A stretch of 63,024 nt of DNA, filler included, from Octopus bimaculoides (lineage: Eukaryota): assembly GCF_001194135.2 (NCBI RefSeq). It is 3 parts of 3 records of this genome, joined end to end, with 100 filler letters (N's around TTAATTAATTAA, not from the genome) between each part and the next. Parts side by side here need not be neighbours in the genome. Positions count along the whole stretch, not along the records: positions 28,982 to 58,381 come from NC_068999.1; 2 more parts are not named here. One strand, written 5' to 3'. Position numbers and translations under genes: made by a program. Position 1 is the stretch's first letter, and every line of letters begins with the position of its first letter. Under the pieces are notes generated by a model. It was not told the DNA's origin. It saw only the letters and a list, made by a program, of their open reading frames with translations, and made no database searches. Shown here piece by piece: positions 39,783-49,816 of the stretch.

Positions 39783-40390
39783 GGTGACGAGCTGGCAGAA
39801 ACGTTAGCACGCCGGGCGAAATGCTTAGCGGTATTTCGTCTGCCGTTACATTCTAAGTTCATATTCCGCCGAGGTCGACTTTGCCTTTCATCCTTTCGGG
39901 GTCGATTAAATAAGTACCAGTTACGCTCTGGGTCGATGTAATCGACTTAATCCCTTTGTGTGTCCTTGTTTGTCCCCTCTATGTTTAGCCCCTTGTGGGC
40001 AATAAAGAAATAAGAAACGTTAACACGCCGGGAGAAATGCTTAGAGGTATTTCGTCCGTTTTTACGTTCTGAGTTCAAATTCCGCCGAAGTCAATAAGTA
40101 CCTGTTGAGCACTGGGGCCGATGTAATTGGCTTATCCCCTCCTCCGACCTTGCTAGCCTAGTGCCAAAATTTGAAATCAATATGAAGGTGTCAAGTTAGC
40201 AGAATCTTTAGCACACCTTTAGCATTTTGCCTGCTTTTACGTTTTGAGTTCAATTTCCACCGAGGTTGATTGTGCCTTTCATCCTTACAAGGTTGATAAA
40301 ATAAGTACCAGTTGAGCACTGGGGCTGACGTAATCGACTTATCCCTTTCCACGAAATTGCTGGCCTTGTGCTAAAATTTGAAACCAGTGT
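39783..40390 (+). mobile_element. Cluster of three S1 SINE copies
   Basis: Same head and core repeated head-to-tail. Confidence 0.8.
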
Positions 40391-40675
40391 GTATTTATCT
40401 ACGATAGATGCTCAGGTAAATCGATCGATCGATAAATAGACAGACAGACAGATAAACAGATAGATACATACATACATACATGCATACATACATGCATACA
40501 TACATACGTAGGTACGTAGGTACGTACACACGTATTTACATACCTCTATGCGTCTGTGTATGTATAATTGAGTGTGTGTGTGTAGAAAGATGGTGTAAAG
40601 TCTGTGTATTTAAAAAGAGAATGAGACGCGTGGCGTCTGTTAGAAAGCAAGTGGGCCGAGAGAATGCGGGAGAGA

Positions 40676-40825
40676 AAGGGAGAGACCGAGAGATAGAGAG
40701 AGGGAGAAAGAGAGAGAGGGGAGAAAGAGAGAGAGGGGAGAAAGAGAGAGAGAGAGGGGGAGAAAGAGAGAGAGAGAGGGGGAGAAAGATAGAGAGAGAG
40801 AGAGAGGGAGAAAGAGAGAGAGGGG

Positions 40826-40865
<40 letters not shown>

Positions 40866-40983
40866 GAAGCAGTGAATATCGTAGCGTCTGTCGTTGGAAG
40901 AAGACATGAGAAGACAGACAGGAAAGGGAGAAAGACAGAGACAAACACACATACAGTGGAGAGATAGACAGAAAGACAGAGAA

Positions 40984-41023
<40 letters not shown>

Positions 41024-41035
41024 TAAAATAGAGAG
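40676..41035. repeat. Polypurine (GA/GGGGAGAAA-rich) tract
   Basis: Directly visible; a mirror-image polypyrimidine tract lies at 57600-57960. Confidence 0.95.
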
Positions 41036-41799
41036 AGCAAAGGCCATAAACGCTTCCGTTGTTGTCTCTCGAGAGGATGAAAGTAAATTAAAAGGCGTGT
41101 GTTGTAGGTGCATGTGCACCAGAGGTTCTCAACCACTCCCCCCTCACCTCACTATGAACGCCGTTGATTCCTGTTGTATTCTGCCGGATCTCCATAGCCA
41201 TTGGATGTATGTATAAAGAAAATCCTACTCTATTTTTCTAATTAAATGTTTTTTAAATTAAATAAGATTAGGTGCAGACGTGGCTGTGTGGTAAGTAGCT
41301 TGCTTACCAACCACATGGTTCCGGGTTCAGTCCCACTGCGTGGCACCTTAGGCAAGTGTCTTCTACTGTAGCCTCGGGCCGACCAAAGCATTGTGAGTGG
41401 ATTTGGTAGACGGAAACTGAAAGAAGCCCGTCGTATATATGTATATGTATGTATATGTGTGTGTGTATGTGTTTGTGTGTCTGTGTTTGTCCCCCCAACA
41501 TCGGTTGGTGTTCCCCACCAGCTGGACAGAACGCTAGTCCATCGCAGCTTTACTCAAGAAACAGCGAGAGAAAGTTGGGGCGAAAGAGTACAACAGGGGT
41601 CGCTACCACTCCCTGCCGGAGCCTCGTGGAGCTTAGGTGTTTTCGCTGAATAAACACACGCGCAAGAATATACTAACCAAGAAACTATTGTATTAAATAC
41701 TGTCATACTAAAACTTACAATCCACCCGTAATCAACACGGGTATATTAGAATTTATTTGTACTATATTAAATGTATTAGTACAGCAGGGCAGTATGTTG

Positions 41800-42835
41800 G
41801 TTTCCAATCTTGACACAAGACCAGCAGATTTGGGAGAAAGGGCAAGTCGATTACAATGGCCCCGGTGTTTAACTGGTACTTATTTTATTGACCCCAAAAG
41901 GCCAAAATGCTAAGTCGATCTCGCCGAAATTTGAACTCAGAACGTAAAGATGGACGAAATGCAGCAAAGCAGTTTTGCTCGGCGTGCTAACGATTCTGCC
42001 AGCACGCAACTTTAATAAACAATGATGTAGGTTTCAAATTTTAGCACAAGGCCAGCAATTTTATAGGACGGAGTAAGTTAATTACATCCACACCAGTGCA
42101 CAACTGATACTTACTTTATTGACCCCGAAAGGATTAACCCCTTGAGCCCTGACCGCCTGAACCTTATTTTACTCCAACGATGTATTCATAATCTCGGCAT
42201 ATACAAAATATTCTTTTCTACTCTAGGCACAAGGCCCGAAATTTTTGGGGAGCGGGATCCAGTAGATTAAATCGACCCCAGTACGCAACTGGTACTTGAT
42301 TTATCGACCCCGAAAGGATGAAAGGCAAATTCGACCTCGGCGGAATTTGAACTCAGAACGTAAAGACAGAGGAAATACCGCTAAGCATTTCGCCCTGGGT
42401 GTTAACGTTTCTGCCAGCTCGTCCGCCTATATATACAAACTATTAAAAAAACGAATTATATATCCGGTAAGTTTCAAATTCATGTTTTCTCAAATTCTTC
42501 TTTCTAGAAGATTCTTCAGTTTCATTTTCAAAATAATCAACTTTCCGTTAGTCACTCGTAGGTCAATGATGCTAATGTAGGAACAACAAAACATATTTAG
42601 AATGAATTCTATTTAGACCAACTGGTGCTACGGTACAGAGCGGTACTATGGTATAGAGCGGTACTACGGTATAGAGAAATATAAGCCATCCACCGATAAA
42701 CCGGTGTGACGGCCTGAAAAGGTTAAAAGCGAAGTCGATGTCGCCGAAATTCGAACTCAGAACATAAAGACGGACAAAATAGCAGTAAGCATTTTTTTGT
42801 CCGGCATGCTAATGACTCTGCCAGTTGGCTGCCTT
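41800..42835 (-). mobile_element. Cluster of three S1 SINE copies (one split by a MITE, one nested inside that MITE)
   Basis: Reverse-complement S1 sequence at 41800-42010, 42030-42133 plus 42723-42835, and 42213-42428. Confidence 0.8.
42138..42722. mobile_element. piggyBac-like MITE with TTAA target duplication
   Basis: TTAA at 42134-42137 and 42723-42726; imperfect CC...GG inverted termini; it splits a SINE that is continuous once the insert is removed; internal 18-bp tandem repeat near 42627-42676. Confidence 0.7.
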
Positions 42836-43790
42836 ATGTTAGAGTAGTATATTAAGAGCCAGTTCCTCTTTGTCTTCACAAAAATCTAAAAGATTGTTCC
42901 CGAAAATTGTTGTCATGGTAACCAGAACATCGAATAATAAATGAATAAATAAGCGAGTAGTTTTTTTTTATATATTTCTCTAGATGACGAACTAACCTTG
43001 TAATTTGATTTTAAACACACGCACACGCGCGCACANNNNNNNNNNNNNNNNNNNNNNNNNNNNNNNNNNNNNNNNNNNNNNNNNNNNNNNNNNNNNNNNN
43101 NNNNNNNNNNNNNNNNNNNNNNNNNNNNNNNNNNNNNNNNNNNNNNNNNNNNNNNNNNNNNNNNNNNNNNNNNNNNNNNNNNNNNNNNNNNNNNNNNNNN
43201 NNNNNNNNNNNNNNNNNNNNNNNNNNNNNNNNNNNNNNNNNNNNNNNNNNNNNNNNNNNATATATATATGTATGTGTGTGTGTGTGTATAAGTAAAAATT
43301 TACTGTTCTCCGTATATGTGTACACAGATATAGACACACACACAATAACATATATGACGTAATTTATTCTGTTATAGAATATTTTCTGGAAGTCTGAGAA
43401 CGCTAGAGAAACCAGTTGTTCTAAATAGATTTCATTCTAAATATGTTTTGTTGTTCCAACCTGACATCATCGACCTACGGTTGACAGTAACGGAAAGTTA
43501 ATCATTTGAAAATCAAACTGAAAAATCTTCTAGAAAGAAGATTTTGAGAAAACACGAATTTGAAAACTTACCGGATATATAATGTTTTTTTTAAATATTT
43601 TGTATATGCTGAGATTATAAATACATCGTTGATATTAAATTTTGGACAAGAACAGAGCCATTGTAATTTGATAAAAAAATAGTCAAGAGATTTACATCAA
43701 AGTATTTCCAGGAATAATTCAAGCAAACAACCTTCGAATTCTGAGGGAAAATTTGCGTCTGAAAAATAATAAAAAAATAAATAAATAAAA

Positions 43791-46043
43791 ATGAATAATC
43801 ACAGACATAAAGCAAGAAATCAAAACTCTTATGAGAAATCTGTAACTTTTGAAGATATTAAAAAATTGATGAAGATTCTCAATCAGAAACTTAATGTCGC
43901 TATAAAAGAGGAAGTTACTTTCTCGACAGGGGATCATAGCAATGCTATGGTTGAAGATGTGATGGAAACACCGGTTCACGGCCAATATAAAAGTGTTACA
44001 AAGTCTAAAATGTCTGCTGATGCCCCGGAATTTATCCCAAGATCTCAGCAACTGATTCAGTTGAAATCTATCTTTAATCATTTTCCTTTTGAAAATAACA
44101 ACAGCGAAGAGACTTTGATGGTTCCGTCGAGTACAATAGGAAACGAGGGAGCCGTGCAAATGAACGAAGCTAGTAAAAGCACCAACAAAATTAGCATTTG
44201 TTTTCCACCTCCTCCCGCTGAACAAGAAGAAATTAAAAATGCTGCGAAAGATGTTTCTCAAGTAACAACTTGTGCTGTGAAGTCAGAGACTGAAGATGAG
44301 AGGAAAATAGATGAAGCTAAAGAAGAGGTTACTTCTAGTAATGAAGAAATACTGAATGCTGTACCAGGGACGAACCAAACGAATTTGAAACATATCAATC
44401 GGAATTTTTCAGCTATTGATAAAGGAAATTATGATGATAATGAAGAGAGCACTAATTATGAATGTGTGAAGGAGATGCTGGGAGAAACTAAACGCTACAT
44501 AGAAACTGAAGTAGATAAAGATCAAATGGAAAATTGTGAGGAAGCAGACGACAACAGGGATACAAGTGTGCTGTGTCTTTCACCAGTGAATGATGAAGGA
44601 AAAGAGGAATCTGTCAGCAATATCGATACTACAAATAATGCTGATGACAGTGTGATTGAAGAAATATCCAGCGATGATCAATCAAAGTCAAAAGATGAAA
44701 TATCTGTCTCACAGGAGAAACCAGAAGATGTGGAAGCTAATACAATACCGAACGTGGAAGAAAGTGAAACCAAAGATAAGGATGAAGATGAGATAAATAG
44801 TACAGATTGTGAAACTGTGCAAGGTGGGGATATTAGCAGTCGATTGAGGGCCGAAATGTTGGCCTTAATTAATAAAGGAAGAAAGTCGGACGACGATGAG
44901 GATGAAAATAATGTCGCGAATGATGAAGAAATTAACTCGAGTAACAGCAGTAAAGTTGCTGAATATAAAACCAGTCCAGAAGCAAAAGAAGATTTAGTGG
45001 ATTCAAATGAACATTCAGCCGAAGAATGCTGCAAAGATCAGAGCTTGTTTACAAATAAAAACGAAAACATGTCTGCGAAGAAAGAAGAAGCTTTAGAAAG
45101 TACAAAGGACAAAAACGAACGCGGTACTCTGAGTAACTGTAATGAAATTAATATTGTTGGTGTTAATAAGAGAGAAAAACATTTTAATGATGTTAATGAG
45201 ACAAGTTCTAATACCGATACCATTTCTACTATTGATGACGAGAATGATACCGATCACACGGAACAAAGCAGCGTTGAATTATCAACGGAACCTTTTAATA
45301 AATCTCAGAACTCGGAATCGTATGACATGGACTCTACAGTTCCGCTTTGTCACAATACAACACCAAAATACGTTCCGCTACAGAGTGGAAACATATCTGT
45401 TTGTCTTTTCACTGGGAAAGAAAACAGTAATAACAACACATATGAAACTTTACAATCGAACCAAAGGATGTTTAGAACTGGAGAATATTCAAGCGAAAAG
45501 AAAGGCCAGCTAAATGACTATATTAGTAAAATGAAGGAACTGAAGACCAGCCAAGAAGAATTCAGGAAGAAATGGAATTCCAATTTAAGTAAAAGAGAAC
45601 ATGCCTATTATACTTACTTAAAATGTACTGAGAAAGCTAAAATCTATCGGGCGTGGGCTGCAAACGTCCCTACAATTCTACCAACGAAATTATGGAATAC
45701 GAAAAAACAAAACAGCTTGAAATGGCAAAGCATTTCAGATGACATCAGTCTGTTGTGTTTGAAGTCTGAAGTGGTTCTTTCAAAGATGAAAGCTGATAAA
45801 CACAAGGATAAATACGAGGAAATTGACCGAAAAATGATATCCAGCATTCAAGAGGAGAACAACAGCAAAAGCGAACAGAATGTGCTGGAAAATGCATGGA
45901 AGAAAGCAACAAACACTGAAGAACAGATGGCGCGTGAAATGTGGAGTTACAGGCGGAAATGGTTAGAAAACTATGCCAAGTTTTACCAAAAGCCAGAAAT
46001 AATTGATAAAATGAGTAGCATGGCTGGTAAAAGACTGAGATGA
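43791..46043 (+). CDS. Intronless 750-aa uncharacterised protein: N-terminal helix, PAM2 motif, FPPPP motif, acidic/Asn-Ser-rich disordered region, helical C-terminal domain
   Basis: 2253-nt uninterrupted ORF in ~65% AT DNA. ATG has A at -3 (aaaATGa) with an in-frame TAA three codons upstream. No microsatellite, SINE or gap inside it, although both flanks are full of them. Confidence 0.85.
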   Translation: MNNHRHKARNQNSYEKSVTFEDIKKLMKILNQKLNVAIKEEVTFSTGDHSNAMVEDVMETPVHGQYKSVTKSKMSADAPEFIPRSQQLIQLKSIFNHFPFENNNSEETLMVPSSTIGNEGAVQMNEASKSTNKISICFPPPPAEQEEIKNAAKDVSQVTTCAVKSETEDERKIDEAKEEVTSSNEEILNAVPGTNQTNLKHINRNFSAIDKGNYDDNEESTNYECVKEMLGETKRYIETEVDKDQMENCEEADDNRDTSVLCLSPVNDEGKEESVSNIDTTNNADDSVIEEISSDDQSKSKDEISVSQEKPEDVEANTIPNVEESETKDKDEDEINSTDCETVQGGDISSRLRAEMLALINKGRKSDDDEDENNVANDEEINSSNSSKVAEYKTSPEAKEDLVDSNEHSAEECCKDQSLFTNKNENMSAKKEEALESTKDKNERGTLSNCNEINIVGVNKREKHFNDVNETSSNTDTISTIDDENDTDHTEQSSVELSTEPFNKSQNSESYDMDSTVPLCHNTTPKYVPLQSGNISVCLFTGKENSNNNTYETLQSNQRMFRTGEYSSEKKGQLNDYISKMKELKTSQEEFRKKWNSNLSKREHAYYTYLKCTEKAKIYRAWAANVPTILPTKLWNTKKQNSLKWQSISDDISLLCLKSEVVLSKMKADKHKDKYEEIDRKMISSIQEENNSKSEQNVLENAWKKATNTEEQMAREMWSYRRKWLENYAKFYQKPEIIDKMSSMAGKRLR

Positions 46044-46225
46044 ATTGTTAAAAATGGTAATTCCCTTCAATATGCTTCTCATTTAACAATTTTCATTGGG
46101 TTTTTCTATTTAAATATTATTAACTATGTTGTTAATTACTTTTCATTGAATGTCACAGCACAAGAACAGTTTCTTGGGTTTGTAAGAAATTTATATTATT
46201 ATTATTATCATTATTATTATTGTCA

Positions 46226-46434
46226 TTCAGTAGTTTTATTTTTATAACGTGCTTTCACTTCACTACCGAGCGCAGCTCTGTGTACCTTGGATATGTGCTG
46301 TAGTTTGTTGTGATGCTCTCATGGTTACTATATTTAAAGTGTTTTACGTAGGATGTGTGCGGTGCTTGGTAGTGCTATTTTCTGTATGCTATATATTTTT
46401 GTTAGTCCTGGTGTTTCTGTTATGTATTTGTCTG
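46226..46434 (-). mobile_element. Short 3'-terminal fragment of the family A Dong-like LINE
   Basis: Same tail (ttcagtagttttatttttataacgtgctttcac...) as the 4023 and 10841 copies; (ATT)n on both sides. Confidence 0.85.
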
Positions 46435-46467
<33 letters not shown>

Positions 46468-46539
46468 GTTAAATTAACTTACGGGAAAAAAACAACACTA
46501 ATGAAAATTGAGAAAAAATTTTAAAAAGATATATATTGA

Positions 46540-46583
46540 AATAAAATTTATAAGGAATTTTTAAAGTAACAATTAAAAATAAA
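46540..46583 (+). promoter_or_regulatory. Candidate polyadenylation signals (AATAAA at 46540-46545 and 46578-46583) for the 750-aa ORF
   Basis: Two AATAAA hexamers ~500 nt after the stop codon; weak evidence in such AT-rich DNA. Confidence 0.3.
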
Positions 46584-47360
46584 GATGTACTTGGAAAGTT
46601 TAAAAAAAAAAGAAGATATTAATTTTATTCTAGCGATGTACTTCTTTCTCTTCTTCTTCTTTCCTGTCCAATATCGCTGTGTGGTGAAACGTTAGCTATG
46701 GAGTGTTATTGTATATTGTGTTGCGACCACAGTACACGGGAGGGAATCTGGCGATAGCCAATCATTATTAGAAATATTATAATTGGAATGTCGCCGGTGA
46801 CGACAAAACTTAGGAAAATAAAACTGATTTCAAATTTTGGCACAAAGCCAGCAATTTCGGAGGAGGGGATGAGTTGAATGCATCGACCCACCAGTGCTCA
46901 ACTGGTACTTATTTTATCGACCCAGAAAGGATGAAAGGCAAAGTCGACCTTGGCGGAATTCGAACTCAGAATGTAAAGACGACTTAGCAAATGATGAATG
47001 TGGAGACGGAGAAAATGGTCGGTGGGATACATTCTGAATTTTTCATTTTTTTAAATCCTTTATTTGTTTTAGTCATTGGATTGCCGCCATGTTAGAGCAT
47101 CGCCTTGAGGGGCTTTAGTTAGACAGGTCGACTCGACCACAGAATTTTATTTTTTGTCAAGTCTTATTTTATCGTTCTGTTTTGCCGAACCGCTAATTGG
47201 CGAGAAATAAGGCTTTGCTTACAACACCTTGCTCATTCACCTAAGTACTATCTAGGCCCTCGATGTTGCTTAAGTTCGGTGGAGAATCGGTGTTTTCAAC
47301 GTTATATAGTTGTAAGCAAGATTATTATTAAATAACAATTATGGTTTAATATAACTAAAA

Positions 47361-47757
47361 TATATATTGTTGTTTTTCGCACTCCGTCGCTTACGATGTC
47401 AAGGGTTCCAGTTGATCCGATCAACGGAACAGCCTGCTCGTGAAATTAACGTACAAGTGGCTGAGCGCTCCACGGACACGTGTACCCGTAACGTAGTTCT
47501 CAGAGATATTCAGCGTGACACAGTGTGACAAGGCTGACCCTTTGAATTACAGGCACAACAGAAACAGGAAGTAAGAGTGAGAGAAAGTTGTGGTGAAAGA
47601 GTACAGCAGGGTTCGCCACCATCCCCTGCCGGAGCCTCGTGGAGCTTTAGGTGTTTTCGCTCAATAAACACTCACAACGCCCGGTCTGGGAATCGAAACC
47701 GCGATCCTATGACCGCGAGTCCGCTGTCCTAACCACTGGGCCATTGCGTCTCCACAG
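47361..47757 (-). mobile_element. tRNA-derived SINE (family S3), full length, with a 22-bp target-site duplication
   Basis: A-box tggcccagtggttagg and B-box ggtttcgattcc; ttatggtttaatataactaaaa at 47339-47360 and 47758-47779. Confidence 0.85.
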
Positions 47758-49257
47758 TTATGGTTTAATATAACTAAAACACAAAGGAATTCGAAAACCT
47801 CTCAAACTTAACACAATTGTTTAACTATTATTTCCAATGTTAGTAAATTACTTCTAAATTATTTATACATTGTACTAACAATTTAGATTGCTTTCTGCTA
47901 TGATAATAAGAGCTTGATTCTAAGGCGGTGAGGGGGAAGCATCGTTAGCATGCCAGGCGGTATTTCGTCTATCGTTACGTTCTGAGTTCAAATCCCGCCG
48001 AGGTCGACTTCACATTTCATCCTTTCGGGGTCGATAAAATAAGTACCAGTTGTGCACTGGGGGTCGATGTAATCAGCTTAGCGTCTCATTCCCCGAAATT
48101 TCTGGCCTTGTACCAAAATTTGAAAACATGATTAATTATAGTCGCATTCATGGAACAAGGGCCAAGGTTAGGTGTATAGCATCTAGAATAATGTCAAGCA
48201 CTCACACCCTCTACAAGGGCCGTTTTAGCAATATTATTGGGTCCCCGCGTAAGTCAATGCACAGGGTCCAATTCTATTTATTTGTTGATAGTAAGCCACA
48301 ACATACATAGATTTGAACTGCGCTCTGTAAACACGTGAGGTCCCCAGGTAACTAACTGCCCAGCGTGCACGTACCTTAAAACGACACTAACCTCTACCCA
48401 GGGTCAATCAAAGGTACCGGCTCATTGGGTGGTCGTCCGGGGTGTCACTCCATGTATCTGGGATATTACAAAATACAATACAAAGAAAAGAAACATCGCC
48501 ATTTCAACATGGCTGTTTCGTTGAAACCGACGTTGAAGTGGCGATAAAATTACTTCTCAGTTTTATCACTGCTTCCATTCTGTTTTTCTAATTTGCTAAC
48601 TTGTTTAATACAAAGAAAGATAAATTCTATAATTTCTTTAGCAATTCCGTCAGTGGAAAATGATATCGTAAAAAAAAGATGTAGGAAATGGTTTAAAAAA
48701 AAACAGCAACAACAACAACACACATTTTTAGATCTAAAGTAGAGCAAGAATTATTTTAGGAAAATATATATTCTCCAGGATTTGTTCTTTTGGGTGAATT
48801 CTTTTCGCTACAAGAGATCGTCACTTTTAGAACTTTCCATATAGCCATCTTCTTCTACCCAGTGTTCTTAACAAAACTGTTGAAATCATGGTCAACAATG
48901 TAGATACTCTCTCTCTCTATCTCTCTCTCTATATATGTACCTTTGTCGCTTCCCCCTCCCTCTTTATTTCTCTCTCACAGTTATATTAATGAAAGGTTTT
49001 TTAAAAATCTAATATTTTGTAACAACTGTTCTCTTTCATCTTTGTATCGTAATAAAGATTTTATGCACAAGTTATGCAGTTTTTGTTTTTTTTTGTAATT
49101 ATTTACATAAAAAGAATTATACTTGTAAAGGCGCCGAATTTCTATTTTTTTTCCCCGGGACGCCTTCAGCCTTAGGCTCGGTCGGGCTTTTACTAGTCGT
49201 GCAATGCGTCCAATGGGACTTTCCACCTTATTTTGTAGAGGCCGAGGAGTTGGCAGT

Positions 49258-49403
49258 GAAGGCGCATGGTTCAGTGGTTAGATCATCGAGCTTACGACCG
49301 TGAGGTTGTGAGTTCGAATCCCGGACCGGGCTGCGTGTTGTGCTCTTGAGCAAAACACTTCATTTCACGTTGCCCCAGTTCACTCAGCTGTAGAAATGAG
49401 TTA
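49258..49403 (+). mobile_element. tRNA-derived SINE head plus CORE-like body (family S4)
   Basis: tggttcagtggttag...gagttcgaatcc...ttgagcaa...cagttcactcagctgtag; second copy at 28982-29110 on the minus strand. Confidence 0.75.
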
Positions 49404-49613
49404 CTCTTTACTCTTTTATTTGTTTCAGTCATTTGACTGTGGCCATGCTGGAGCATCGCCTTTTAGTCGATCAAATCGGCCCCAGGACTTATTCTTTGTA
49501 AGCCTAGTACTTATTTTATCGACCTCTCTTGCCGAACCGCTAAGTTACGGGGACGTAAACACACCAGCATCGGTTGTCAAGCGATGTTTGGGGAGACAAA
49601 CACAGACACACCA

Positions 49614-49648
<35 letters not shown>

Positions 49649-49773
49649 CGACGGGCTTCTTTCAGTTTCCGTCCACCAAATTCACTCACAAGGCTTTGGT
49701 CGGCCCGAGGCTATAGTAGAACCATGTGGTTGGTAAGTAAGCTACTTACCACACAGCCACTCCTACTCCTATA

Positions 49774-49816
<43 letters not shown>

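Noticed and set aside
40676-41035. Purine tract and distant pyrimidine tract (57600-57960) as a long-range inverted pair
   Set aside because: Low-complexity similarity 17 kb apart; no evidence of common origin or function.
43616-43623. TATAAATA ~170 bp upstream of the ORF start
   Set aside because: Such 8-mers are common at this AT content; not supportable without TSS data.
43719-45847. Antisense and alternate-frame ORFs overlapping the 750-aa ORF (43719-44261, 44678-45034, 45142-45513, 45644-45847)
   Set aside because: Shadow frames expected from the biased codon content of the main ORF; no independent features.
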